Shown here one piece after another: positions 40,177 to 51,080 of a stretch of 64,000 nt of DNA. Both the position numbers and the translations under genes were made by a program. The DNA comes from an uncultured delta proteobacterium (GTDB taxonomy: Bacteria; Desulfobacterota; BSN033; UBA1163). The stretch is from contig CAWHBU010000002.1 in NCBI GenBank assembly GCA_963827685.1, forward strand, positions 608,001 to 672,000, in the 5' to 3' direction. The notes beneath the pieces were generated by a model. It saw only the letters and a list, made by a program, of their open reading frames with translations. It had not been told where the DNA came from and ran no database searches. Every line of letters begins with the position of its first letter. Within the stretch, counting starts at the first letter, position 1.

Positions 40177-42198
40177 ATGGTTGCATTAAATCAGGAAGAA
40201 GGGAGATACAGAGTCCTCCTCATCGGTATCGGGAATAACACTGAAGAAGAAAAAAATTCCTTCTGTCGTAACATTTCTAAACAATACAGTATTTCCTCCG
40301 CTCTGTTAGAAAAGATCGTTGACCGTTGTCCTGTCATCCTCAAAAAAAATATTTCCTTAATAAAAGCCAAAATTCTTGCTAAGACCTTCAAGTCTTTCGG
40401 GGCAACGGTCTCTATAGAGGAAAGAAGAAATTTTCCACCCATCTCTCTTGAATTTCAGGAATTGGTCCCTCACCGTTTGGCCTTGGAATCCTCCTATCTC
40501 CGGAAGACACAAAGAGGAACATGGAGCGTCATAGGAAGGGCAAAAAATATATCTGATGAGACTTTGAATGACACCTGGGTGCTCACTCAACTTTTTGAAG
40601 ATCTTGAAGAGTTCGTTGCCTTTGAAGAAACTCCTCTCCCCATTAACCCTCTGCCTCCAGGAGAAACCTCTCCCTTTAGGGTAATCTTTGAAGGAGACTT
40701 TTCTATTAAAAGAATTTCCGTTGCCTTTAAGAATGCTTCGGGACAGCCCATTCCGGCAGTAGATGAAAGAAAAAAGAGGGAGTGGGTGGAGGTGGAGAGA
40801 GGAGAGGAAGGGTCTCTTTCTTCTCCCCGGATGTTAACAAAATTCAAAAAGAGGGCCCAGGCCGTTGATCTGACCAAACCTGCAGAAAAAGTAATCCTCA
40901 CAAAGGAGAAAGAAATCCAAGAAGAGACACCCCTCTTCATGGAGCAGGAAGTGGGGGTTCCCCTTGAAAAAGAAATAAGAGAAGAACAGGGAGGAGATGC
41001 CGAAAGAATCTCTGAGGATTCCCTTTCGGCAACCCTTGAACCTTTAGAAAAAGTCTTGGAGTCCTCCTTGAGTATGCTCGAAGAGAATAGCTACCCAGGA
41101 GGAGAGGAACCAGAGAAAGCCTTAGGACATGAAACCTTCGAGGAATCTGCTCGGCCTACGCCGGAAAAAACGGAAGAAAAGATAGATGAAGCGGCTTTGG
41201 GTGAGTTAGAGATACCCTCTGTTGAGGTGAAAGTGGCTGAAGAGTCATGCTTTGACGCTTCTGTATTTGAGGAACCTACGCAATTGCTGAAGGATATCTC
41301 TGGGCGTCCAGGAGAAGGAGAGGTTGAAGAAAAAGCGGAGGAGAGTGAAGGAGACGTAGTGAAAGAAGAAGGAGTGAGAGAAGAACCTGCAGAGAAAGAG
41401 GGGGGGGCTTCGTTCTCCTGGATGGAATATTTTAGAAAAGCAGTGGAAACTTATCATCAAAGACCCCATGATATTTTTTCGATATGGTTTGAGGAACGTC
41501 GAGGGGGAGGTGAATTTAGAAATTCCTTTCATGCTCTTTTGACCATATTCGTTCATTCCCGATTTGACCAAGGGAATGAGTCTATCAAAGCATTGGAAAA
41601 CACCCAAAAGGTATTCCGACTCATCGTTCAGCCGAATCTTGCACTTGATGAGATACCGTTTCTTGAAGGGACACGCTTTGCATCAGGAGAAGTTTGGAGA
41701 GATCTGTTTCATCGAGCACTCCCTAAGGTCCACCAGATTGGAAATGCTGTTCTTGAAAGAAATAAATGGAACGCATTTGATTTAGAACGGTTGATTCAGG
41801 TGATTCCTCATATGGACCATCGAAACAGCCGGAGGGCGACCCGATTAATCAACGAATTGATTGCGGATGTCGTGGAAGTGGGTTTTTCAGACACCCCCGT
41901 AACCATCGGAGAAGATCTCTACAGAGTTGCCTCTCGGTTAGGCGTTGTGGATCCCGATCTCGACTATTATCAAGGTGGAAATTCGACGGCAGATATCAAA
42001 ATTCAATCTTTTGCAAAAGCCGCTTTTCCTCAGAACCCTGTCAAGGTCGAGGAACCGATGGCCTGCATGGGGAGCGGAGAAGAGCGAGGAGGGCATTGTT
42101 TCCCTGTCCAACCATGGTGCGAGGGGTGCCTCTTCGAAGCCTTCTGCCCAAAGCTTCACGTTCTCTTTAAGCCATCAGAAAAAGGGATGAGAGAGTGA
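40177..42198 (+). CDS. Multidomain hypothetical protein: L7/L12-CTD-like, FxLYD/Ig-like, acidic linker, EndoIII-like Fe-S domain
   Basis: KIVDRCPVILKKNISLIKAKILAKTFKSFGATV; G.AKN...LPPGETSPF; C-x6-C-x2-C-x5-C. Confidence 0.7.
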   Translation: MVALNQEEGRYRVLLIGIGNNTEEEKNSFCRNISKQYSISSALLEKIVDRCPVILKKNISLIKAKILAKTFKSFGATVSIEERRNFPPISLEFQELVPHRLALESSYLRKTQRGTWSVIGRAKNISDETLNDTWVLTQLFEDLEEFVAFEETPLPINPLPPGETSPFRVIFEGDFSIKRISVAFKNASGQPIPAVDERKKREWVEVERGEEGSLSSPRMLTKFKKRAQAVDLTKPAEKVILTKEKEIQEETPLFMEQEVGVPLEKEIREEQGGDAERISEDSLSATLEPLEKVLESSLSMLEENSYPGGEEPEKALGHETFEESARPTPEKTEEKIDEAALGELEIPSVEVKVAEESCFDASVFEEPTQLLKDISGRPGEGEVEEKAEESEGDVVKEEGVREEPAEKEGGASFSWMEYFRKAVETYHQRPHDIFSIWFEERRGGGEFRNSFHALLTIFVHSRFDQGNESIKALENTQKVFRLIVQPNLALDEIPFLEGTRFASGEVWRDLFHRALPKVHQIGNAVLERNKWNAFDLERLIQVIPHMDHRNSRRATRLINELIADVVEVGFSDTPVTIGEDLYRVASRLGVVDPDLDYYQGGNSTADIKIQSFAKAAFPQNPVKVEEPMACMGSGEERGGHCFPVQPWCEGCLFEAFCPKLHVLFKPSEKGMRE

Positions 42199-42328
42199 TT
42201 TAAATATCCGCTTTGCTTCAGGCTTACATTTGAATTCCATCGAAGTATTGGAAGAGGTTTTTTGGGCGGATATCCATCTGGAAAAGCGCCGGCGGGATGG
42301 AGGTTAATGATTTCAGCTTGCTAAAGGA

Positions 42329-42556
42329 ATGAAGGAATTTTATAATGTTTCTCAAAGGAGTAGAGAGATGAGTGGGAAGAGTAGTTTTCCTTACCGCAAA
42401 TATGATCGAAAGCCCCATCCCCATATCGTCAAGCAAATTCTGGACGATAGCGAACTGATCGAGATGATGAAAGAAGTGCTTATCCAGGAGGGGAGGACCT
42501 GTCCCTTTTGTCATCGGAAATTGAAAGGGGAGTCTAAGGTAAAGGAAATCTGGTAA
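42329..42556 (+). CDS. Small hypothetical protein with CPFC motif
   Basis: RBS AAAGGA; followed by a terminator-like hairpin. Confidence 0.5.
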   Translation: MKEFYNVSQRSREMSGKSSFPYRKYDRKPHPHIVKQILDDSELIEMMKEVLIQEGRTCPFCHRKLKGESKVKEIW

Positions 42557-42570
42557 GAGGTGAAGATGAA

Positions 42571-42610
42571 AAGAGATGGTTCAGAATAGATAAGAACCAC
42601 CTCTTTTTTA
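42571..42610. terminator. Intrinsic terminator between convergent genes
   Basis: aagagatggttc...gaaccacctctttttt. Confidence 0.55.
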
Positions 42611-42670
42611 TTTGACAAACAGGGCTAACCGACAAGTCCCCAAATAAGTTCCTTTGTCAGTTAGTGTGTC

Positions 42671-42979
42671 CTAAATACTTTCATCTGGGACTTCCCGCGT
42701 AAAGGAGAACTGGAAAGGTTGAACAATAAACATATTTGCCGCGTCGCCTACGCTTCCAGAGGGAAGAGTGAAAGGAAGTGCGGCGACAAAAATGGCGCTC
42801 CCTGCGATCCCTACAACAATTCCAAGTGGTCTAGCGACAAATAGATCCAAGACGCTCCATCCATGCGCGACAGGATCATCCTTCCTGAATTTGTCTCCAG
42901 CCCACCCTGGTGAACAAAGACCGCCCATGACCAATGAAAGAGTCAGCAGTAGCAAAAAAATCCTTTTGAATCCTTTCAT
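42671..42979 (-). CDS. Small exported/membrane hypothetical protein
   Basis: Signal peptide; DLFVARPLG.....G...F..ALPFTL..GS. Confidence 0.7.
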   Translation of the reverse strand: MKGFKRIFLLLLTLSLVMGGLCSPGWAGDKFRKDDPVAHGWSVLDLFVARPLGIVVGIAGSAIFVAALPFTLPSGSVGDAANMFIVQPFQFSFTREVPDESI

Positions 42980-43597
42980 GAGAAGTTCCTCCTTTTTGAC
43001 TTATTTCAAATAAAACTTATCAAAATCAGATACAATTGTCAACCTCTTAACAAAACTAAGGTTTGGTGGTCATGGAACTTAATTTATTGAGGTATTTTCA
43101 TCATCAGGGAGGAGAATTCCCTAATTATGAATAATTTGATAAGCAGCAAATAAATTTTCATGAGATATAGATTGGCTATGATTGTTTCCTTTGTCAATTT
43201 TATCACCGGCTTATCATTACGGTGAACCGAAATCTCGGAAATTGAAGAATGCGGTCATCATATTGAAACCTGTGTATGACTGCTATAAAGAGTGCAATAA
43301 ATGAACGGGAAAATAGGTAGAAGGATTTCATTATAAGATTAAGATAATGAATCATAAGAGTTTTATTGTGCAATTTTTTTGCCAACCGAATGAATTAAAT
43401 CATACTGGTATAACTTATTGATATTAAAGGGTAAATAATTATTGTGATGACAGAGAATTCTTAGAAATAATGTTCAAAAGTGACAAAAAGCGATATTTGG
43501 ATAAAAATTGTTCTCTAACTTCCCATGAGACCATGCTTACGTGTTGTAATACCTGGAGAGACGCAAACAGGGAGGTTCGTGCAGTTCCTTAAAATAC

Positions 43598-43626
43598 TTG
43601 ACAATTGAATCAAAAATCGTTATATC
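43598..43626 (+). promoter_or_regulatory. Sigma70 promoter
   Basis: TTGACA-N17-TATATC upstream of the HNH gene. Confidence 0.55.
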
Positions 43627-43667
43627 TTCTCAAAATTCAAGGGGATATATCGGTTTTCAATTAAACT

Positions 43668-44192
43668 ATGGAATGGACATTACTTCTCAACTCTACTTTT
43701 GAACCATTAAAAGTTGTAACCTGGAAAAAGGCGATCGTCATGATGACGCTTGAAAAAGTAGAGGTCATTGAGGAATATGATCGCATGATTCGAGGCGTCA
43801 GCCTTTCCTTACGGCTTCCCGCTGTGATTCGATTAAATCGTTTTATTAAAAGAAAAACTCCCATCGTCAAATTCTCCCGTCAGAATCTCTATGTAAGGGA
43901 TCGGGGAAAGTGTCAGTACTGTGGCACCCCTTTTGAGCACAAGGAATTGACCTATGACCATGTCATTCCGCGCTCCAAAGGTGGGCAAACGGAATGGACG
44001 AATGTGGTGACCTGCTGCACCGCCTGCAATCTCAAAAAGGGAGGGAGGACACCTGAAGAAGCAGGGATGTCGCTGATACGAAAACCGAGGGCACCCATCT
44101 GGATACCGCTACTGCCGATGAGCCTTGGGATCAAAGAGACCCCAGATCCCTGGAAGGATTATCTCTACCTCAATCTGGAGTTGGCTTCTTAA
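43668..44192 (+). CDS. HNH endonuclease (McrA-like)
   Basis: LLLNSTFEPL, RD.GKCQYCG, TYDHVIPRSKGG, NVVTCC..CN..K. Confidence 0.92.
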   Translation: MEWTLLLNSTFEPLKVVTWKKAIVMMTLEKVEVIEEYDRMIRGVSLSLRLPAVIRLNRFIKRKTPIVKFSRQNLYVRDRGKCQYCGTPFEHKELTYDHVIPRSKGGQTEWTNVVTCCTACNLKKGGRTPEEAGMSLIRKPRAPIWIPLLPMSLGIKETPDPWKDYLYLNLELAS

Positions 44193-44392
44193 CCCAGATG
44201 TGAGTTGAAAAGGGGGAGGATGATCCTGGGTAACTTTCATGGCCTGCGGGTGACGGACCCGTCATGGAGAATTTATTTAAATAGACTTCGACGATGAAGT
44301 CTGGGAAAGCGAAATGAGAAAGAAAGAAGGTCTTATCAAAGCTTCGGACAGAGATGAAAGGCGTGTAAGGGATTGCGAGGGGATGAAGAGAG

Positions 44393-44905
44393 ATGAAATA
44401 TCTTTGGGCTCCGTGGAGAATGGAGTATATTTTGGGAGAGAAAAAGAGAGGATGTTTCTTTTGCAAAAAACTTAAAGAGAAAAAGGACATAAAAAATCTT
44501 ATCCTCTATCAGGGTGAATATGCGTTTGTGGTCATGAATAAATATCCCTATAACAACGGTCACCTGATGGTCGTACCCAAACGCCATTGCCGCGATTTGG
44601 AGCAATTGGATAATAGAGAATTAAGAGAGCTTTTCGATTTATTAAAAGCCTCTGTACGGGTGCTGAAGGCAAGCTTCCATCCGCATGGATTCAATATTGG
44701 GATGAATATTGGGAAGATGGGAGGTGCTGGAGAAGACCATCTCCATCTCCATATTGTCCCACGATGGGCAGGAGATACCAATTTTATGCCAGTGATAGGG
44801 GAAACGAAGATCATCCCCGAATATTTGGAAAGAACTTATCAGAAACTTCACTCTGCCTTTACGGATCTATTGCGAAAAAAGAGAGTCCAGAAAGGAGAAC
44901 AATAA
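44393..44905 (+). CDS. HIT family hydrolase
   Basis: LWAPWR, NKYPYNNGH, HLHLHIVPRW. Confidence 0.93.
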   Translation: MKYLWAPWRMEYILGEKKRGCFFCKKLKEKKDIKNLILYQGEYAFVVMNKYPYNNGHLMVVPKRHCRDLEQLDNRELRELFDLLKASVRVLKASFHPHGFNIGMNIGKMGGAGEDHLHLHIVPRWAGDTNFMPVIGETKIIPEYLERTYQKLHSAFTDLLRKKRVQKGEQ

Positions 44906-44906
44906 A

Positions 44907-45245
44907 GTGAGATGGCTTAAGACATTACTTTGGATAGCGGCCTTTTGTTTGGCGGTCCCCTTTTTTGTTCAAAATCGAAGCGAGGTCACCCTTCATTTCG
45001 TTTTCCCTTGGGAGAATTATCAGTGGTTTGAAATTCCAGTAGTCCCTCTCCCTCTCTTCTTGGTCGTCCTTTGTTCTATCTTTTTGGGAATCTTAATCGG
45101 TGGGGTAGGTGACATTTATAGACGCTTTCAACTCAAAAAGATGCTTCGTCAAAACCAAAAAACGATTGAGAGATTGGAGAAAGAGATCCAATCTCTTCGG
45201 GGTCCTGGTTTGGATCAACCCTCCTATCTCAAGAAAGAGGATTAA
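44907..45245 (+). CDS. LapA (lipopolysaccharide assembly A) family protein
   Basis: TM-QN..EVTL-TM-coiled coil. Confidence 0.75.
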   Translation: MRWLKTLLWIAAFCLAVPFFVQNRSEVTLHFVFPWENYQWFEIPVVPLPLFLVVLCSIFLGILIGGVGDIYRRFQLKKMLRQNQKTIERLEKEIQSLRGPGLDQPSYLKKED

Positions 45246-45369
45246 CCTTATGATCAACCTGGGGAAATTCGATAGCATCATGAGGAAGGACCCTCATGGA
45301 TGGGCTAAAAATTTTCTTGCATTTCAGAGTGAATTATAGTATATATTTTCTACACTAGTTGGTCTGCTG

Positions 45370-45400
45370 AAAAGGCGGGCTGTTTGCCCGCTTTTTTTTT
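45370..45400 (+). promoter_or_regulatory. rimP leader hairpin/attenuator
   Basis: gcgggc-tgttt-gcccgc plus T9 just upstream of rimP. Confidence 0.6.
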
Positions 45401-45429
45401 AAAAAACGCATATTGCAAAGGCCAAAGAG

Positions 45430-45996
45430 ATGGTGGAAAGGGAGATTGTGGATCGGGTACGTGCAATGGCCGAGCCTATGCTTTTGGATGAAGGAATGGA
45501 ATTGATAGATGTTGAATACCGAAGAGAATCGAAAGGATGGGTCCTTCGCCTCACTCTGGACAAAGAAGGAGGGGTGACCCTTGACGATTGCACGCGAATT
45601 AGCCAGGAAGTCGGAAGGAGTTTAGACGTTGAGGATTTTATACAAGCCCCATACACGCTGGAGGTTTCCTCACCCGGTCTTACCCGCCCACTAAAAACCG
45701 AAAAAGACTTCATGAAATATCGGCAGCGTTTGATCAAAGTGAAGACCGTCGATCCCGTGGAGAATCGGCGGCAGTTTAAGGGAAGACTCTTGGGGCTCTC
45801 CGAGAGCCGGATAGAAATGGAAGTGGATGGGGGGATCTTCCAGATTCCTCTCTCTAATGTGGCGAAGGCCAACTTGGAAGTTGACTGGGACGCGCTCCGC
45901 AAGGAGCATCCTACAAAAAATGAGATACCATTTCCGGGAAGCTCTGTTGAGCCGCAGGGGCAGACGGAGGCTTCATTTTTAGAAAGGGAGAAATGA
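45430..45996 (+). CDS. rimP: Ribosome maturation factor RimP
   Basis: GGVTLDDC..IS, YTLEVSSPGL.RPL. Confidence 0.96.
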   Translation: MVEREIVDRVRAMAEPMLLDEGMELIDVEYRRESKGWVLRLTLDKEGGVTLDDCTRISQEVGRSLDVEDFIQAPYTLEVSSPGLTRPLKTEKDFMKYRQRLIKVKTVDPVENRRQFKGRLLGLSESRIEMEVDGGIFQIPLSNVAKANLEVDWDALRKEHPTKNEIPFPGSSVEPQGQTEASFLEREK

Positions 45997-45999
45997 GTT

Positions 46000-47478
46000 A
46001 TGCCATCCAATCTCAATTATGTGATTGATCAAGTGGGAAAGGATAAAGGGATTGACCGGAAGGTGATCATCGAAGCCTTGGAACAAGCGGTACTGACGGC
46101 TTCGAGAAAGAAATATGGACACCAGGGGGAGATAGAAGTTCACTATAATGAGGAGGTTGGCGAAGTCGAGTTGTTCCAGTTCAAGCAGGTGGTGGAGGAA
46201 GTGACCAATCCATCGACGGAGATTTCTCTAAAGGAAGCAAAAGAATTGGACAACGAGGCCCAGATCGGGGACAGCTTGGGGGTGAAACTCAATACCGACT
46301 TCGGCCGAATCGGAGCCCAGACGGCGAAGCAGGTGATCATCCAGAGGGTACGAGACGCTGAAAGAGAAAACGTCTATAATGAATTTAAGGATCGAAAGGG
46401 AGATTTGGTCAGTGGAACCGTACAGAGGATGGAGAAGGGAAATGCTTATATTGGCATTGGAAGGGCCGAGGCCGTTCTTTTGTCGAAAGAACAAATTCCT
46501 GGGGAGAGCTATCGGCAAGGGGAGCGACTTCGGGCCTATATTCTTGATATCCAGAAAAACTCAAAGGGACCACAGATATTTCTTTCCAGGACCCATCCGG
46601 GTTTTTTGATCAAGTTGTTTGAGATGGAGGTGCCTGAGATCTCTGAGGGAGTGATCAAACTGATCAGTGCTGCGAGGGAACCGGGTGAGAGGGCAAAGAT
46701 CTCTGTCTATAGTTCCAACCGGGATGTGGACCCAGTGGGAGCCTGCGTAGGAATGAGAGGTTCTCGAGTCCAGAGCGTCGTTCAAGAGCTTCGAGGCGAA
46801 CGGATTGACATCATCCCTTGGTCTCAAGACCAAGCCAAATATGTATGTAATGCTTTGGCCCCGGCCAAAATCTCCAGGGTCTATATTGACGAGGAGAATC
46901 GTCATATGGAAGTGGTCGTAGCAGACGACCAACTCTCCCTCGCTATCGGGAAGAAAGGCCAGAATGTCCGATTAGGTTCTAAGCTGACGGGTTGGAAAAT
47001 CGACATTAAGAGCGAATCCAGAATGGAGAAGATCTCCAGTGAAATTTTGGAAAAGTTTAGGGACCTCCCTAATATCGGAGATGTGGCGAGCCGTATCCTT
47101 TATAACGAAGGTTTCCGATCGATCAAGGAGGTGGCCGAGGTCGACCCGGAAGAATTGGCAAAAGTTTTAGAGATTGAAAAAGAAAAGGCTGCAGAGATCG
47201 TCGAAAGGGCGGTTCAGATATCCCAAGGGAGAGAAGGGACAGGGGTTAGCCAGGAAACTCTTCCAACAACCGGGGATCCCGCCTCCGATCCGGTGGACAG
47301 GATGGAAGGAGTAGGAGAGAAGACAGCCCAACTATTAGAAGAGAATGGATTCAAAACCGTTCACAATATTTTGGAAACAAATATTGAAAAGCTTTCTACC
47401 ATTCCAGGGATCGGGATCAAGAAAGCTGAAAAATTGATCCAATCCGCAAAACATTATATCGAAGGAAAAAGGGTATGA
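46000..47478 (+). CDS. nusA: Transcription factor NusA
   Basis: [32 protein letters not shown]; C-terminal HhH repeats. Confidence 0.98.
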   Translation: MPSNLNYVIDQVGKDKGIDRKVIIEALEQAVLTASRKKYGHQGEIEVHYNEEVGEVELFQFKQVVEEVTNPSTEISLKEAKELDNEAQIGDSLGVKLNTDFGRIGAQTAKQVIIQRVRDAERENVYNEFKDRKGDLVSGTVQRMEKGNAYIGIGRAEAVLLSKEQIPGESYRQGERLRAYILDIQKNSKGPQIFLSRTHPGFLIKLFEMEVPEISEGVIKLISAAREPGERAKISVYSSNRDVDPVGACVGMRGSRVQSVVQELRGERIDIIPWSQDQAKYVCNALAPAKISRVYIDEENRHMEVVVADDQLSLAIGKKGQNVRLGSKLTGWKIDIKSESRMEKISSEILEKFRDLPNIGDVASRILYNEGFRSIKEVAEVDPEELAKVLEIEKEKAAEIVERAVQISQGREGTGVSQETLPTTGDPASDPVDRMEGVGEKTAQLLEENGFKTVHNILETNIEKLSTIPGIGIKKAEKLIQSAKHYIEGKRV

Positions 47479-47729
47479 GCAAGAAAGGACATATCCCCAT
47501 TCGTACCTGTATTGGTTGTCGAAAAAAAAGGAAGAAGGAAGAGATGATTTGGTTGGCCCAACGTCCTGAGGGAGTGGTGGCGGTGAATGGGAAGAAGCCT
47601 CATCAGGGGCGAGGGCTTTATCTCTGTCCAGAGGATGGGTGTTTAAACATGGCAAAGAAAAAGAATAGAGGAGTTGGGTTTTTGGAAACGATGAATTTCC
47701 GAAATCCTGCGGCAGAAGGTTTTTTTTGA
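47475..47729 (+). CDS. ylxR: YlxR/DUF448 RNA-binding protein
   Basis: PIRTCIGCR, GRGLYLC. Confidence 0.88.
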   Translation: MSKKGHIPIRTCIGCRKKRKKEEMIWLAQRPEGVVAVNGKKPHQGRGLYLCPEDGCLNMAKKKNRGVGFLETMNFRNPAAEGFF

Positions 47730-47744
47730 TACGGGAGGTAGGGA

Positions 47745-50333
47745 ATGACAAAAAGTAAAGTCCTCGATCTCGCACGGGAAGTCGGGATGGAGGATGATAA
47801 ACTGCTTCTGAAATTGAAACGGATGGGGGTGAAGGTAAAAGATAAAAAACTTTCCGAACCTGAAAAAAAGGTATCTCCATCTGATGAAAAGGTCATTGAA
47901 AGGGATTCCGAGAAAGAAATCGTTGAGAAGCGGGTCAAAGCCACCGTGATTCGGAGAAGAGCAAGAACCCTGGAAGTTAAAGTGGAGCCCCCACCTCCTC
48001 CATTAGCTGTCGTCGAGCCTGAGATTGTAAAAGGGAAGATTCCCAAGGTAAAAGAGGAAGAAGCCGGACTCGAGCTGAAGACTCCAGGGGAGGCAGCAGA
48101 GGAAAAAGAATTTAAAAAGGAGGAGAAACCTCCTACCAAACCAACACGAGGAAGGAAGGAAAAGGAAGCGTCCGAAGAGTCTGCGGTACCCGTTGAGGCA
48201 AAGGCTGAAGAAAAAAAGGTGATAGCTCCCAGACCCGTCGAGGCAGTGCATCCCCAGGTATTCCTTAAAGAGACACCCAAGGTCAAGAAGGAAGTTGAGG
48301 AACCTAAGCCGAAGGAAGCCCCTCTCAAAACAATAGAGGTAAAGCTGTTAGAAAAAGAAGAATTATTGGAGAAAGAAAGATTGGGGCCCTATGCAAAGAA
48401 AAAGGGTTTTGTAAAAAAGAGGAAGAGGATTGAGGAAAGGATGTTGGGGGAGGATGAGGTCGAAGGAGAAAGATTAGAAGCAAAAGGGGCGGAGGTCAGC
48501 TTCAGACCCTTCCGGCCTATGAAGAAGAAGGTGGTATTAAAGACGCCGAAGAAGACAGAGGTGACTGTCCCCAAACCCATTAAGAGAATCATTCGAATCG
48601 CTGAAGTCATCGCTGTCGGAGATCTTGCCAAGAGAATGGGTGTCAAGGGTGGGGAATTGATTAAGAAACTAATGGAGATGGGTGTGCTGGTGAATATCAA
48701 CCAGCTCATTGATGCGGATGTCGCTTCTCTCGTGGCGAGCGAGTTTGGCTATGAGGTGGAGAAAACCTCCTTAGAGCGTCAGGACTTACTGGAAAGAAAA
48801 GAGGATCTCGCCGAACAGTTGAAACCCAGACCACCCGTCGTCACGATCATGGGTCATGTGGACCACGGGAAGACCATGCTTTTGGATTCAATAAGGAAAA
48901 CAAATGTGATGGGAGGGGAAGCCGGAGGCATCACCCAGCACATCGGGGCCTATGATGTCGAGTTAGAGAATGGGCATGTGGTCTTCATTGATACTCCCGG
49001 TCACGAAGCCTTTACCGCCATGAGGGCAAGAGGAGCTCAGGTGACGGATGTGGTCGTTTTGGTGGTCGCTGCAGATGACGGCATGATGCCACAGACCAAG
49101 GAGGCGATCGACCATGCTCGAGCGGCTAAGGTCCCGATTGTGGTCGCCATTAACAAGATTGATAAACCAACCGCCAATCCGGAAAAGGTGAAGAAAGACC
49201 TATCGGAATATGGACTCGTTCCAGAGCAATGGGGCGGAACAACGCTTTTTTCTGAAGTATCGGCGAAGCAGAAGACAAGGATTAAAGAGTTGCTCGATAT
49301 CATCCTCCTTCAGGCAGAGATTTTAGAATTGAGGGCCAACCCGGATAAACCCGCCCGAGGGATCATTATCGAAGCAAAACTGGATAAAGGGAGAGGTCCG
49401 GTGGCTACCCTCCTGGTGCAAGAGGGAACGTTAAAAACAGGAGATGCCTTCCTCGCCGGTTCCCACTATGGCAGGGTCAGGGCCATGCTGAACGATAAAG
49501 GGAAGAAGATCGAAGAGGCGGGTCCCTCTACTCCCGTGGAGGTGGTGGGGTTCACCGATATTCCCGAGGCAGGAGAGACGTTCATCGTCGTTTCCGAAGA
49601 GAGGATGGCCAAACAGATCAGTCTTTACCGACAAGATAAGATTCGCGAAAAAGAACTTTCAAAGTTGAGCAAAGTCTCCTTAGAAGAGCTCTATGATAAA
49701 ATTAAGAAGGGGGAAGTCAAGGAACTGAATGTCATTATTAAGGCAGATGTCCAGGGATCTATCGAGGCAGTGAGAGAGGCACTGAAAAAACTCTCTACGG
49801 ATGCGGTGAAAGTCAATATCCTTCATGATGCGGTCGGCGGGATTACAGAGACCGACGTGAATTTAGCCTCGGCCTCCAATGCGATCATTATTGGGTTTAA
49901 TGTGAGGCCGGGTGCGAAAGCCCAGTCCCTATCAGAGGAGGAGCATGTCGATATCCGAATTTATTCTGTCATCTATGATGCGATCACCGATATTAAGAAT
50001 GCGTTGGAAGGATTACTTGAACCTACTTACAAGGAACATATCTTGGGAAGGGCACAGGTGATACAGGTTTTTACTATCCGTAAAGTGGGAACCGTGGCAG
50101 GCAGTCTCGTGACCGACGGAAAAGTGGTCAGGGGATCCCATGCGAGATTGCTGCGAGACAATGTCGTCGTGCATGATGGCCGGATTGTTTCACTCAGGCG
50201 ATTCAAAGACGATATGAAGGATTGTAGCCAAGGGCTCGAGTGCGGCATTGGCATCGAGAATTTTAATGATATTAAACTTGGGGATGTCATTGAGTCTTAT
50301 GAGGTTGAAGAAGTTCAAGCTCGGCTAACCTGA
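47745..50333 (+). CDS. infB: Translation initiation factor IF-2
   Basis: [28 protein letters not shown]. Confidence 0.98.
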   Translation: MTKSKVLDLAREVGMEDDKLLLKLKRMGVKVKDKKLSEPEKKVSPSDEKVIERDSEKEIVEKRVKATVIRRRARTLEVKVEPPPPPLAVVEPEIVKGKIPKVKEEEAGLELKTPGEAAEEKEFKKEEKPPTKPTRGRKEKEASEESAVPVEAKAEEKKVIAPRPVEAVHPQVFLKETPKVKKEVEEPKPKEAPLKTIEVKLLEKEELLEKERLGPYAKKKGFVKKRKRIEERMLGEDEVEGERLEAKGAEVSFRPFRPMKKKVVLKTPKKTEVTVPKPIKRIIRIAEVIAVGDLAKRMGVKGGELIKKLMEMGVLVNINQLIDADVASLVASEFGYEVEKTSLERQDLLERKEDLAEQLKPRPPVVTIMGHVDHGKTMLLDSIRKTNVMGGEAGGITQHIGAYDVELENGHVVFIDTPGHEAFTAMRARGAQVTDVVVLVVAADDGMMPQTKEAIDHARAAKVPIVVAINKIDKPTANPEKVKKDLSEYGLVPEQWGGTTLFSEVSAKQKTRIKELLDIILLQAEILELRANPDKPARGIIIEAKLDKGRGPVATLLVQEGTLKTGDAFLAGSHYGRVRAMLNDKGKKIEEAGPSTPVEVVGFTDIPEAGETFIVVSEERMAKQISLYRQDKIREKELSKLSKVSLEELYDKIKKGEVKELNVIIKADVQGSIEAVREALKKLSTDAVKVNILHDAVGGITETDVNLASASNAIIIGFNVRPGAKAQSLSEEEHVDIRIYSVIYDAITDIKNALEGLLEPTYKEHILGRAQVIQVFTIRKVGTVAGSLVTDGKVVRGSHARLLRDNVVVHDGRIVSLRRFKDDMKDCSQGLECGIGIENFNDIKLGDVIESYEVEEVQARLT

Positions 50334-50400
50334 GCTCCCGTCAGGTTTCTCCTCAAGAAGGCCAGGTTCTTTTAGAAGAGAAGGGGGGAGGGGGAGGGAG

Positions 50401-50688
50401 ATGGTGATCGGGATTTGCCAACTCGACCTTCGGATTCCGGAAAATCATTCTCTAAAAGGCAAGCGACATGTGCTCCGGAAATTAATCGATCAGGTAAGGC
50501 ATCGGTTTAATGTGGCCATTTCAGAAGTCGGGGATAATGATCTTTGGCAACGGGCGCAGATTGGTTTCTGTACGGTTGGAAATGATCGACGACATATCAA
50601 TTCGAGTCTGGATAAAGTGATCCACTTTATTGAGCAGATGAGCTTTATCGAGATGGTGCGTAGGGAAATTGAAATCATCACGGTATAA
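50401..50688 (+). CDS. DUF503 (YlxP) protein
   Basis: HSLKGKR, FNVAISEV...D.WQ. Confidence 0.9.
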   Translation: MVIGICQLDLRIPENHSLKGKRHVLRKLIDQVRHRFNVAISEVGDNDLWQRAQIGFCTVGNDRRHINSSLDKVIHFIEQMSFIEMVRREIEIITV

Positions 50689-50705
50689 TTTCTTTAAAGG
50701 GTCGG

Positions 50706-51080
50706 ATGGAAGGGAAACGTTCGGAAAAAGTAGCGAATTTGATCCAAAAAGAGATCTCCCAAATGCTGGTGAAGTCGATCAAAGATCTTCGTATTGGTTT
50801 TGTCACCATCACCCGGGTGACTGTTTCCGAAGATTGTCGTTTTGCGAAAGTCTATTTTAGTGTAGCAGGGACCCTGGCGGAGAAGGAAAGCTCCATGAAG
50901 GGTTTGGATAGTGCCAAAGGATATGTTCGAAAGGAATTGGGTCGTCGGATCCGACTGAGATATACTCCTGAAATTATGTTTCAATTCGATCCTTCCATTG
51001 AATATGCAATTCATATGGAGGAGTTGATCCAAAGCATCCATCAGGAAGAGGAGCACAATGGGGAAGAAGAAGGAGATTGA
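50706..51080 (+). CDS. rbfA: Ribosome-binding factor A
   Basis: FVTITRV.VS.D...AKVY, LRYTPEI.F..D. Confidence 0.96.
   Translation: MEGKRSEKVANLIQKEISQMLVKSIKDLRIGFVTITRVTVSEDCRFAKVYFSVAGTLAEKESSMKGLDSAKGYVRKELGRRIRLRYTPEIMFQFDPSIEYAIHMEELIQSIHQEEEHNGEEEGD

Noticed and set aside
42980-43597. AT-rich gap as a hidden gene or replication origin
   Set aside because: No convincing ORF and no cluster of DnaA boxes seen; likely a divergent promoter region.
44192-44392. 6S RNA, RNase P RNA, tmRNA or HEARO/omegaRNA
   Set aside because: None of the diagnostic motifs or the long-rod fold was seen, and the HNH protein lacks IscB features.
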